From Pseudomonadota bacterium (GTDB taxonomy: Bacteria > UBA10199 > 2-02-FULL-44-16 > JAAZCA01), in the NCBI GenBank assembly GCA_043822785.1, contig JBDRBN010000108.1, positions 1 to 31,500 of the forward strand: a stretch of DNA of 31,500 bases, written 5' to 3'. Positions 1-8,742 of the stretch are shown in pieces. Each line of letters starts with the position of its first letter. Positions within the stretch are counted from its first letter, which is position 1. A program made the position numbers and the translations under genes. The notes beneath the pieces were generated by a model. That model did not search any database, had not been told where the DNA came from, and saw only the letters and a program-made list of their open reading frames with translations.

Positions 1-82
1 AAGCGAAGCAATCCCCTTATAACCTGTGTTTGCGGGAGATTGCTTCGTCGCTAAACGCTCCTCGCAATGACACCTAGACATG
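1..82. repeat. Partial REP-like palindromic element; identical to 31419-31500
   Basis: Bases 1-82 match 31419-31500 exactly. Contains inner inverted repeat CGAAGCAATC/GATTGCTTCG and the right end CTCGCAATGACA. Confidence 0.9.
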
Positions 83-170
83 AGAAAAATGAATTCTTAT
101 ATTTCAACCAGTTAACACCTCTAACGCGACAGCAGTGGGAAATTGGATATTAGAAATTAGATTATCCTTT

Positions 171-941
171 ATGAAACATCATCTTTTCATCGCGGCACTT
201 TTATTATCGCTAATTCCCAGCAGTTGCGCTGGCACGCCAAAGAGTGCCTATACATGGAACCAAATGGCAAAAGGTTTGGAGTATGCAACCTACTCATTCG
301 CTATTAGCGAAAAAGAACGCGTAGCCATACATGCGTTTCGCATTGATCCAAAACTGTATCGGTTTGACGTAGCCATGGCTCCAAATGAAAAACAGGGCGC
401 GACCGTCGAGGAATTGGCAAAGCGCGACAAAGCCCTGGTAGTAATAAACGGCGGTTTCTTCACGCCAGAGCATCTGTCCATCGGCCTCATCATTAAAAAC
501 GGAAAAAAGATTCGTCCCCTGCACAAGACCAGCTGGTGGAGCGTGTTTGCCGTAAGAGATGACAAGCCGTCGATCACATCGCCTTCTAAGTTTAAGGAAG
601 GATCAGATATATCCATGTCAATTCAAGTGGGTCCCAGGTTAGTTATCGATGGAAACATACCCAAACTCAAATCAGGCATCTCAACCCGTTCTGCCATAGG
701 CATTACAAAAAACGACAGGGTCGTCATAGTCATAACGCAAGGATACGGCATCACCATGAAGGAGCTGGCAAGTCGCATGAAAAATTCGCCTTGGGAGGGC
801 GGGCTTGGCTGCCCCAATGCCATGGCGCTGGATGGCGGCAGCTCCTCTCAGCTTTTTGCCAAGATCGGCAAATTTGAATTATCCCTCGAAGGCCTTTCAA
901 AAATCACAAATGGCGTGGCAGTGTTTAAAAAATCCCCTTGA
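171..941 (+). CDS. Phosphodiester glycosidase (NAGPA-like) family exported protein
   Basis: Motifs INGGFF, GPRLV.DG, RSAIGI and AMALDGGSSSQL. Hydrophobic N-terminus ending in SSC (possible lipoprotein signal). ATG at 171 preferred over GTG at 135. Confidence 0.75.
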   Translation: MKHHLFIAALLLSLIPSSCAGTPKSAYTWNQMAKGLEYATYSFAISEKERVAIHAFRIDPKLYRFDVAMAPNEKQGATVEELAKRDKALVVINGGFFTPEHLSIGLIIKNGKKIRPLHKTSWWSVFAVRDDKPSITSPSKFKEGSDISMSIQVGPRLVIDGNIPKLKSGISTRSAIGITKNDRVVIVITQGYGITMKELASRMKNSPWEGGLGCPNAMALDGGSSSQLFAKIGKFELSLEGLSKITNGVAVFKKSP

Positions 942-983
942 TTCCACATGTCATTCATGTCCATTTATTGACAGGGTGAAAAC

Positions 984-2972
984 ATGACTGGATCACGCGT
1001 GTACGGCAGCGAAAGAACCACCTATACCACCGCTCTGTGGCAAAACACCCTCGATGCGGTGCAGAGCGATGATGTTCCTGAACTTCCATTACTCAGACAC
1101 CTTAGAAAAGCGATTGTTAAGGAGGTTAAAAACGACAATCCTGAATATCTGCAAAGGCGGGTGGCTTTATCGGTCTATCTTCATGAAGACTTATATGATC
1201 TGGATAAAGCGTGGGAGGAACTTCAAGAATTGATGGCGGATTTGCACATTGATGAAACAGATTTACTAAGAAGAGCAAGAGAAGAGAAAGCAAAATTTAT
1301 ATATAATAAAAAGCAAGACTTGTCACCACCGCACGAAGATGGTTTCGCCTTTGAAGATGAAGCATACGGAGCCGCGCCTAGCTCAGACATTACACATGCT
1401 CTTGCAAGAAGCGCAGCAAGGTTTGAAGAAGCAGCGCCTAAGACACCTAGATCTGTAGAAGCAGAAAATGAACTCGAATGGTTACAGCTCGACGAGCTGC
1501 CAGAAGAAACTCGCGAGCTTATAAGATTGGCAAGGGAAAGGGTCGAGGATCTTATAGACGTAGAGCTCCCACAACATCTACAAAAGTTTTTGGCAGATGG
1601 AGAAGTAGAATATTCGAGTGAAAATCCTCCATACGAGTTCTGGCGCGATATACGACTTCTCTTCACAGCTGAAATGGGAGCGGACGGCGAGCTAGTTATT
1701 ATGGATGAGCCTGATGAGCTCATGGAGCTTATACATCACGCCATAGAAAAGATAGAGGACTGGGTTCCGATAAACGAGCTGCCAAAGCCCATGCGCGAGC
1801 TCATCATGGCAGCAAGGGAGATGGCCATTTTACTCTATGGCGGAAACCTTTCATGGTACAAAACTAATAAAGGATGGGAATATAGTGCCAGACGAAATAA
1901 ACACATCAGCAGTATATTAGAAAACGCGCTGATACAATATTCCAAACAAGTTCCACCTCATAAGGTGTGGCATGATTTCCGCCAAATTCTATTCAGAACA
2001 GATGTGGATGAGAATGGAGAATATATACAAGCGGTTGAGCAACCTGAACTTATAGATCTCATACTGCCTGCGGTCGAATCGATGGAGGGATGGTCTCCTC
2101 TAAACCAAGTGCCAGAGTATATGCAAAAGCTAGTAAAGACATTGAGGATAAAGGCGATCGAACTTTATGGAGGCAGGGTTTTTAAAGATGATACACACCC
2201 TCTGCAAGCTCTTCTAGCAAAGGGGCTGATTAATTATTGCGGCTCATATCCAGCGCGCACATTTTGGCACCTTTTGCGGCAGGTCTTCTTTAAGACTGGC
2301 ATGGGAGCAAACGGAAAATTAATTGATGTGGATGAGCCTGCTGGAGTTATGGATTTAATCTACCCGGTCATCGAAAAGAGGGAGGAATGGCTTTCAATTG
2401 ATCAAGTGCCTAAAGTCGTGCGCGAGGTGGTAAGAGAAGGCAGAACAAAATTCATAAACGTGTTTGGAGGAAGATTTCCTTATGAAGGATTTGAAACCAT
2501 AGATGGATGGAAGAGCGGTTCTTTAGCATACAGCCCTGTGAACGCTTTGATAAATGACGGCACGATAATGTATTCGCAAAGCAATCTACCATCCGTACTC
2601 TTTGATAAATGTACCAATCAACTCTTCCGCGTGGAGTTAACACCTGAGGGCAGATATCAGCATGTCGATGTGCCAAAACCGATTACAGATATGCTTGCTA
2701 AATTGAAGGATGAAGGAACCAAAGCGTGGGAAACATACGGAAATGGACGCTCTGTCCCCCACCCAGGCACTGTTAAACCAACATCACCTGCATCAACGGG
2801 CTCTGCTATAGCGTTTGTGTCCGCGACTTTGGCATCAAATGATGGGTTTACGGTTCATATAGAACCGAATCCCTACCCATTTAATCCACTCATGTTCGGA
2901 GCCTTTAGAACTATTTCAATTACGCAGGGATGCATGATGGGATTTGGTATAACAGGCTACCCTATTCATTGA
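984..2972 (+). CDS. Hypothetical protein with four tandem ~94-113 aa repeats
   Basis: 662-aa ORF with no recognisable family motif. Internal repeats start at aa 166, 260, 370 and 469. Confidence 0.8.
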   Translation: MTGSRVYGSERTTYTTALWQNTLDAVQSDDVPELPLLRHLRKAIVKEVKNDNPEYLQRRVALSVYLHEDLYDLDKAWEELQELMADLHIDETDLLRRAREEKAKFIYNKKQDLSPPHEDGFAFEDEAYGAAPSSDITHALARSAARFEEAAPKTPRSVEAENELEWLQLDELPEETRELIRLARERVEDLIDVELPQHLQKFLADGEVEYSSENPPYEFWRDIRLLFTAEMGADGELVIMDEPDELMELIHHAIEKIEDWVPINELPKPMRELIMAAREMAILLYGGNLSWYKTNKGWEYSARRNKHISSILENALIQYSKQVPPHKVWHDFRQILFRTDVDENGEYIQAVEQPELIDLILPAVESMEGWSPLNQVPEYMQKLVKTLRIKAIELYGGRVFKDDTHPLQALLAKGLINYCGSYPARTFWHLLRQVFFKTGMGANGKLIDVDEPAGVMDLIYPVIEKREEWLSIDQVPKVVREVVREGRTKFINVFGGRFPYEGFETIDGWKSGSLAYSPVNALINDGTIMYSQSNLPSVLFDKCTNQLFRVELTPEGRYQHVDVPKPITDMLAKLKDEGTKAWETYGNGRSVPHPGTVKPTSPASTGSAIAFVSATLASNDGFTVHIEPNPYPFNPLMFGAFRTISITQGCMMGFGITGYPIH

Positions 2973-2982
2973 AGAACCTCAC

Positions 2983-3053
2983 GAGATCCTTCGACTCGCC
3001 ATCGCTCGCTCAGGGTCGCTCAGGATGATGGGTCGAAACACCTCGACCCATCA
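2983..3053 (-). repeat. Structured repeat element, copy 1, starting at the rho stop codon
   Basis: Shares GAGATCCTTCGACT...TCGCTCAGGATGA.GGGTCGAAACACCTCGACCC.TCA with 12254-12339. An 11-bp stem (3026-3036/3043-3053) includes the rho TGA. Confidence 0.85.
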
Positions 3054-4298
3054 CTTATTCATCGACATGAGGAACTCTTTATTAGTCTTGCAAGGCCTGA
3101 GTTTATCGAGCAGAAATTCCATAGCATCGATCTGGTTAAGCGGCTGCAGCATCTTGCGCAGGATCCATACCTTCTGCAGCTCTTCTTCCGAAAGCAAGAG
3201 CTCTTCCTTTCGTGTTCCGGACTTGTTGAGATCCATGCATGGGAATATGCGTTTCTCCATGAGCTTGCGATCCAGGTGTATTTCCATGTTGCCGGTTCCT
3301 TTAAACTCCTCAAATATCACTTCGTCCATACGGCTACCGGTATCGATGAGCGCAGTGCCAACGATGGTGAGACTCCCACCCTCTTCTATATTACGCGCAG
3401 CGCCGAAAAAGCGCTTGGGCTTATGCAAGGCATTTGAGTCCACACCGCCTGAAAGGATCTTGCCTGAAGGTGGAACCACTGAGTTATAAGCTCTGGCAAG
3501 CCTTGTGATGGACTCTAGCAGGATGACTACATCCTTTCCGTGCTCAACCAAGCGCTTTGACTTTTCGATAACCATCTCTGCCACCTGAACGTGCCTCTGC
3601 GCAGGCTCATCAAACGTAGAGCTCACCACCTCTGCCTTAACAGAGCGCTCCATGTCTGTAACTTCCTCAGGCCGCTCGTCAATGAGAAGCACTATCATCA
3701 CGACTTCAGGATGGTTGGATGTGATGGCGTTTGCCACATCCTGCAGAAGAACAGTCTTACCTGCACGAGGTGGAGAAACGATGAGTGCGCGCTGTCCTTT
3801 GCCTATTGGAGTGAACAGATCCATGATCCTGGTTGAATTGTTCTTTTTATCGAATTCCAGCCGTAGCCTCTCTTCAGGATATAACGGCGTGAGATTGTCA
3901 AACAGCACCTTTCCCTTAGCCTTTTCAGGGGTCTCGCCGCTTATCCCTTCTACCTTTAGAAGAGCAAAGTAACGCTCTCCTTCTTTGGGAGGCCTGATCT
4001 GGCCCGAGACAATATCGCCAGTACGAAGGGCAAACCTGCGGATCTGTGATGGAGAAACATAGATGTCATCAGGACCCGGAAGGTAGTTGTAATCAGGTGA
4101 GCGGAGAAATCCAAAACCATCTGGAAGCGTCTCCAAAACGCCTTCTCCGAATATGGCTCCATTTTTCTCAGTCTGCGCTTGTAGAAGAGCAAATATGAGC
4201 TCTTGCTTGCGCATGTTGGCTGCGCCCTCCACCTTAAACTGGGCACCCAGCTCCATTAGTTCGTGCATCTTTTTGGCCTTGAGTTCGTTGAGGTGCAT
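3051..4298 (-). CDS. rho: Transcription termination factor Rho
   Basis: [20 protein letters not shown]-loop [28 protein letters not shown]; 415 aa. Confidence 0.99.
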   Translation of the reverse strand: MHLNELKAKKMHELMELGAQFKVEGAANMRKQELIFALLQAQTEKNGAIFGEGVLETLPDGFGFLRSPDYNYLPGPDDIYVSPSQIRRFALRTGDIVSGQIRPPKEGERYFALLKVEGISGETPEKAKGKVLFDNLTPLYPEERLRLEFDKKNNSTRIMDLFTPIGKGQRALIVSPPRAGKTVLLQDVANAITSNHPEVVMIVLLIDERPEEVTDMERSVKAEVVSSTFDEPAQRHVQVAEMVIEKSKRLVEHGKDVVILLESITRLARAYNSVVPPSGKILSGGVDSNALHKPKRFFGAARNIEEGGSLTIVGTALIDTGSRMDEVIFEEFKGTGNMEIHLDRKLMEKRIFPCMDLNKSGTRKEELLLSEEELQKVWILRKMLQPLNQIDAMEFLLDKLRPCKTNKEFLMSMNK

Positions 4299-4327
4299 AC
4301 GTCACCGTTTCCTTTCTAAATAAATCA

Positions 4328-4394
4328 GCGAGAAAGGCGAGAAAAGCGAGAAAAGTACATCGCATACGTTTCTCGCGTTTCTCGCTTTTCTCGC
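4328..4394. repeat. Inverted array of 9-mer repeats (3+3), in the rho leader
   Basis: GCGAGAAA(G/A) x3, 13-nt spacer, (G/T)TTTCTCGC x3. Confidence 0.9.
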
Positions 4395-4675
4395 AAAATA
4401 TGTAAGTTTTTATTCTGATAATACATGCGTTCAGGTGAGTTAGAGTCCTAAATATCTTATATAACAGATAGAGTTTGCAGTTTTTAGGCAGGCGCTTAGG
4501 CCGTAAAAACCTCTTATTTTTTGAGGATTGTCAGACGATCAAGAAAACCTCTATTCCCTACGAAAGGTGAAGGAACAATCTGTGAAATTGTCAAAAAAGT
4601 CAAGATGTTTGATCTATAAGAGCAAATTAAACCCTGCAATACAAAAAGATCTTGGATTTTCGCGGGTTTGCGAGC

Positions 4676-4704
4676 TTGACAAACCAGCACCTGCCTGATA
4701 TCGT
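4676..4704 (+). promoter_or_regulatory. Putative sigma70 promoter for the dapF operon
   Basis: TTGACA, 17-nt spacer ending TGA, then TATCGT (extended -10-like); 70 bp upstream of the dapF ATG. Confidence 0.55.
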
Positions 4705-4774
4705 AATTAAAATTTTCTTAAATTACAACAATTTATGCATTTCAGGCATGATTTATAGCCGAAGGGAGTTAACG

Positions 4775-5617
4775 ATGTCCACTAAAGCCAAAACAAAGGC
4801 TCATCAATTTGTGAAGATGCACGGCATTGGAAATGATGCAATTTTGTTCGATTGTCTGAAGAAGACCATCGCCAATCCCACACATTTAGCCCGTAAGCTA
4901 TGCAATCGCCATATGGGTATTGGGGCTGATCAGCTCATCCTGCTAACAAAATCTCGCAAATGCGACTTTGGCATGAAGGTTTACAACTCAGACGGAAGCG
5001 AAGCCGAGATGTGTGGCAACGGCATACGCTGTCTCGCCAGATATATAAAAGATGCTAAGCTATCCCCAAAAAAGGAACTTCTGATCGAAACGAATGCCGG
5101 TCCGCGCAGCGTAAAACACGTAGGAAAGCTCATAGAGGTAGACATGGGCGAGCCAATAATGAAGGGAAAGGATATTCCAGTAAATTTGTCGGGCCGAATA
5201 ATCAACAGGCCGCTCAAGACCGAGATTAAAGAGTTTCGTATCACATGCTTATCCATGGGTAACCCCCATTGCGTAACGTTCCACGACAATCTTGATAGCC
5301 TTCCCATGCAAAAATACGGACCTCTGCTTGAAAATCACAACATCTTCCCAAAGCGCGTTAATGCAAGTTTTGTAAATGTTATAAGCAAAAGCGAAATCCA
5401 CATGCGCGTGTGGGAGCGTGGAGCCAAAGAGACCTTAGCCTGTGGCACAGCAGCGTGCGCATCAGCGGTAGCATCGGTTCTCAATGGTTACACTGATCGC
5501 AAGATGTTAGTGGTTTTGCCAGGCGGCAAGCTCGAAATAGAATGGAATCCAAAGGACAACCACGTCTACATGCGCGGCCCTGCAGAAACTGTGTATACGG
5601 GTGAAATAGCAATCTAA
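4775..5617 (+). CDS. dapF: Diaminopimelate epimerase
   Basis: FVKMHGIGND, EMCGNG, MGNPH, VWERGAKETLACGT. ATG 4775 follows AAGGGAG RBS. Confidence 0.97.
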   Translation: MSTKAKTKAHQFVKMHGIGNDAILFDCLKKTIANPTHLARKLCNRHMGIGADQLILLTKSRKCDFGMKVYNSDGSEAEMCGNGIRCLARYIKDAKLSPKKELLIETNAGPRSVKHVGKLIEVDMGEPIMKGKDIPVNLSGRIINRPLKTEIKEFRITCLSMGNPHCVTFHDNLDSLPMQKYGPLLENHNIFPKRVNASFVNVISKSEIHMRVWERGAKETLACGTAACASAVASVLNGYTDRKMLVVLPGGKLEIEWNPKDNHVYMRGPAETVYTGEIAI

Positions 5618-5624
5618 TAAACCG

Positions 5625-5718
5625 GCGAGAAACGCCAGCAACGCAAGAAACGCCAGCAATGTCTGAAGGATGGGCTTGTCACGTTTCTCGCGTTTCTTGC
5701 GTGTCTCGCTTTTCTCGC
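5625..5718. repeat. Inverted array of 9-mer repeats (4+4) between dapF and dapA
   Basis: GCGAGAAAC GCCAGCAAC GCAAGAAAC GCCAGCAAT, 22-nt spacer, GTTTCTCGC GTTTCTTGC GTGTCTCGC TTTTCTCGC. Confidence 0.9.
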
Positions 5719-5732
5719 GTTGGAGGTATCCC

Positions 5733-6611
5733 ATGATCTTCAAAGGTGCCATGACGGCTATCATAACGCCATTCAAAGATGGCAGGATAGATGAGGAAAG
5801 CTTAAGGGCACTCATCGATTGGCAAATATCAAACGGCATAGATGCAATCGTGGCATGCGGAACAACAGGCGAAGGCGTTACTCTTACTCCTGAAGAACAT
5901 TACGCGGTGATACGCATTGCGGTAGAACAAGCCGCAGGCAGGGTTGGAGTTATGGCAGGCGCTGGATCCAACTCCACTGCAAACGCCATTAAGTTTGCCA
6001 GGAAGGCCAAAGAAGCAGGCGCAGATGGCATGTTGCAGGTAACGCCATACTACAACAAACCCACGCAAGAAGGTTTGTACCAGCATTTCCGCGCTATAGC
6101 TGGTGTTGTGGACTTGCCCATGGTGCTCTATAACGTACCAGGTCGCACCTGTGTCAACATGCTGCCAGAGACCACAGCGCGGCTAGCTGCAATAGACTCG
6201 ATCATAGGTATAAAAGAAGCCTGCGGAAATTTAGGCCAGATCAAGGAGGTTATATCCAAGACTCCTGATGACTTTGCAGTATTCTCCGGTGATGATGCGA
6301 TGAACTACGACATCTATCGCGCAGGCGGCAAAGGAGCGATATCAGTAACAGCAAACGTAGTGCCTGATCGGGTGGCAGCAGTATGGGATGCACACGAGTT
6401 GGGAAACGACGAAGAGAGCATGCACTTGCACAAGGAACTGGCAACCCTTAACAAGGTCATGTTCATAGAGACCAACCCCATACCGGCAAAAACGACTCTT
6501 GCAATTATGGGACGATGCAATGAGGAGTTTAGGCTCCCACTTACGCCTATGGGAGAAGGACATAGGAATGAGCTTATAGATGTGCTGAAGGAAAATGGAG
6601 TGATTGCATGA
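5733..6611 (+). CDS. dapA: 4-hydroxy-tetrahydrodipicolinate synthase
   Basis: GTTGE, TPYYNKP, LYNVPGRT, GIKEA, ETNPIP. GGAGG RBS before ATG 5733. Confidence 0.98.
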   Translation: MIFKGAMTAIITPFKDGRIDEESLRALIDWQISNGIDAIVACGTTGEGVTLTPEEHYAVIRIAVEQAAGRVGVMAGAGSNSTANAIKFARKAKEAGADGMLQVTPYYNKPTQEGLYQHFRAIAGVVDLPMVLYNVPGRTCVNMLPETTARLAAIDSIIGIKEACGNLGQIKEVISKTPDDFAVFSGDDAMNYDIYRAGGKGAISVTANVVPDRVAAVWDAHELGNDEESMHLHKELATLNKVMFIETNPIPAKTTLAIMGRCNEEFRLPLTPMGEGHRNELIDVLKENGVIA

Positions 6612-7330
6612 TAGGCATCGTACTTACAGGCGCTAAAGGGAGGATGGGTAGGCTCATCGCAAAGCTGGCAAGCCAAGCGCCAGATCTCAAAATCACAGCA
6701 GAAGTTGATATAGGCAACTCGCTTGAAGAGGTCGTAGAAGCTGCAGACGTAGTGATCGATTTCTCTACAGCCTCTGCTACAGGCGAGCACGCAAAGATTT
6801 GCGCCCACTACAAAAAGCCCATCGTCATAGGCACCACTGGCCTTACCCAATCGCAGGCAGAACAGGTGCGCACAGCCTCAAAACACACACCCGTAGTATT
6901 CGCGCCCAACATGAGCATCGGTGTAAACCTTATGTGGAAGCTTGCCCAGACAGCCTCACGCGTTCTTGGTAATGATTTTCACATCGACATACAAGAAACT
7001 CATCACGTGCATAAGTTAGACAGGCCAAGCGGCACAGCAAAGAAGCTCCTGGATGTAATCTCTAAGAATTCAGATGTAGTCTTCCTCGAAGATGATTCTG
7101 TGTGGACCCGTAAGCAGGATGACCCGCGCACAACCTGTCGCTCCGTCAGATGCGGAGAGGTTGTTGGCGATCATTCGATAGATTTTTCAAATTCTACAGA
7201 AAAGCTCAGCATCACCCATCATGCAAAGACTCGCGATGCATTTGCCCAGGGCGCATTATCAGCAGCGCGCTGGATTAAAGGAAAACCAGCGGGGCTATAT
7301 GGCATGGATGATGTGCTCGGATTAAAATAA
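6608..7330 (+). CDS. dapB: 4-hydroxy-tetrahydrodipicolinate reductase
   Basis: GAKGRMG, VIDFS, IGTTG, APNMSIG, ETHH..KLDRPSGTA. ATGA overlap with dapA. Confidence 0.97.
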   Translation: MIGIVLTGAKGRMGRLIAKLASQAPDLKITAEVDIGNSLEEVVEAADVVIDFSTASATGEHAKICAHYKKPIVIGTTGLTQSQAEQVRTASKHTPVVFAPNMSIGVNLMWKLAQTASRVLGNDFHIDIQETHHVHKLDRPSGTAKKLLDVISKNSDVVFLEDDSVWTRKQDDPRTTCRSVRCGEVVGDHSIDFSNSTEKLSITHHAKTRDAFAQGALSAARWIKGKPAGLYGMDDVLGLK

Positions 7331-7332
7331 AA

Positions 7333-7821
7333 GTGAAATATACTGTTTACATTGGAATTGGCTCGAATCTTGGAGATCGATTTGAGAATTGCCGTAACGC
7401 CATAAGGCTGCTCAATAATTTTAAGGATATAGAAGTCGTCAAGGTATCCAAGTGGTATGAATCAAAAGCCCAGTCTGTAGATGGCACATCGATTGTCAGT
7501 GATCCATCCTATATTAATGGGGTAGCCAAACTTCAAACCAGGCTTTTCCCCGAGCAGCTTCTTTCTGCATTGCTTCAGATAGAAATCGCACTGGGAAGGC
7601 CGCATAAACGCAAAAAGGGTGCTCCGAGAACCATAGATTTGGATCTATTGCTCTATGAAAGAAAAATTATCGACACACCTGATCTCTGCGTGCCCCATCG
7701 GGCCATACAGAAAAGATTGTTTGTATTGGTTCCTCTGTGTGATATAGCCCCAAACGTTGTCGTGCCGTCTAGCGGCCTAACAGCAAAGGAGTTGCTAAGC
7801 AGATGTTTCGTATCGCAATAA
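7333..7821 (+). CDS. folK: 2-amino-4-hydroxy-6-hydroxymethyldihydropteridine diphosphokinase
   Basis: YIGIGSNLGDR, PRTIDLDLL, VPH, RLFVLVPL. Confidence 0.95.
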   Translation: MKYTVYIGIGSNLGDRFENCRNAIRLLNNFKDIEVVKVSKWYESKAQSVDGTSIVSDPSYINGVAKLQTRLFPEQLLSALLQIEIALGRPHKRKKGAPRTIDLDLLLYERKIIDTPDLCVPHRAIQKRLFVLVPLCDIAPNVVVPSSGLTAKELLSRCFVSQ

Positions 7822-8024
7822 TCGCTCTCATAATCTATCTAGTGTGGAGCTTGCTTCGCAGGCTCACAGGTTTGCGGCAAAGTTCAAAAGCACTTTCCAA
7901 AAAACCTGATGCACCAGCAGAGATGGTAGCTTGCATGCGTTGCGGAACGTTTATTGTTAAGTCAGAAGCATTAGGCCATAGAGGTAACCACTTCTGCAGC
8001 GAGAAATGCATAAAAACAAACTGA
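7803..8024 (+). CDS. Small membrane-anchored Cys-motif protein (PP0621-like)
   Basis: N-terminal TM helix plus MVACxxCG...SEAL...FCSxxC. Confidence 0.7.
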   Translation: MFRIAIIALIIYLVWSLLRRLTGLRQSSKALSKKPDAPAEMVACMRCGTFIVKSEALGHRGNHFCSEKCIKTN

Positions 8025-8036
8025 GGAGGAATGTTC

Positions 8037-8684
8037 ATGAAACTCTTTATCGACACTGCAGCCATAGATGAAATTCGCGAAGCAAATGCAATGGGAGTGC
8101 TTGACGGAGTGACTACAAACCCAAGCCTCATAGCCAAAACCGGCCGCGATTTTAAAACAGTAGTCAAGGAGATCTTTGAGGAGATTCCGGACAGACCTGT
8201 AAGCCTTGAAGTCACTGCAACAGATTGCGAGGGCATGATCGAAGATGCCAAAAAGCTAGCAGATATTGCACCCAACGTGGTGTGCAAAATCCCCTCTACA
8301 GTGGAGGGCATTAAGGCGATAAAAACGTTATCAGATATGGGCATAAAGACAAACGCCACCCTTTGCTTCTCGCCAAATCAGGCATTTCTTCTGGCAAAAG
8401 CCGGAGCTACATATGTAAGCCCATTTGTAGGAAGGCTTGATGACATCACTCACGTTGGCATGGATCTCATCGCTGATATCGTCCAAATCTACAGCAATTA
8501 TGATTATGAAACCCAAATCATAGTAGCTAGCGTAAGAAACCCATTGCATGTACACGAAGCAGCGCGGTTAGGGGCAGATGTCTGCACCATCCCCTTTGGC
8601 GTGATAAAACAACTCATGAAACACCCGCTTACGGATATTGGGATTGAGAAGTTTCTTAAGGATTGGGAGAGGGTACCGAAATAA
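8037..8684 (+). CDS. tal: Transaldolase (short TalC/FSA-family type)
   Basis: [29 protein letters not shown]. Phe in SPF and Glu in SLEV point to transaldolase rather than F6P aldolase. GAGGAGGA spacing favours ATG 8037. Confidence 0.88.
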   Translation: MKLFIDTAAIDEIREANAMGVLDGVTTNPSLIAKTGRDFKTVVKEIFEEIPDRPVSLEVTATDCEGMIEDAKKLADIAPNVVCKIPSTVEGIKAIKTLSDMGIKTNATLCFSPNQAFLLAKAGATYVSPFVGRLDDITHVGMDLIADIVQIYSNYDYETQIIVASVRNPLHVHEAARLGADVCTIPFGVIKQLMKHPLTDIGIEKFLKDWERVPK

Positions 8685-8690
8685 GCTGAT

Positions 8691-8726
8691 GCAAGCAACG
8701 CCAGCAAGGCCAGCAACGCAAGCAAC
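8691..8726. repeat. Single-arm 9-mer array (4 units) between tal and the mglA-like gene
   Basis: GCAAGCAAC GCCAGCAAG GCCAGCAAC GCAAGCAAC. 8695-8729 is identical to 16323-16357. Confidence 0.9.
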
Positions 8727-8742
8727 GTTGGAGGTATGAACG

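Noticed and set aside
3026..3053. UGA-adjacent hairpins as bacterial SECIS elements
   Set aside because: The UGA lies inside the stem rather than upstream of it. It falls at the normal C-terminus of Rho and PorC rather than at a Cys-equivalent position, and the rho extension would end after 23 codons.
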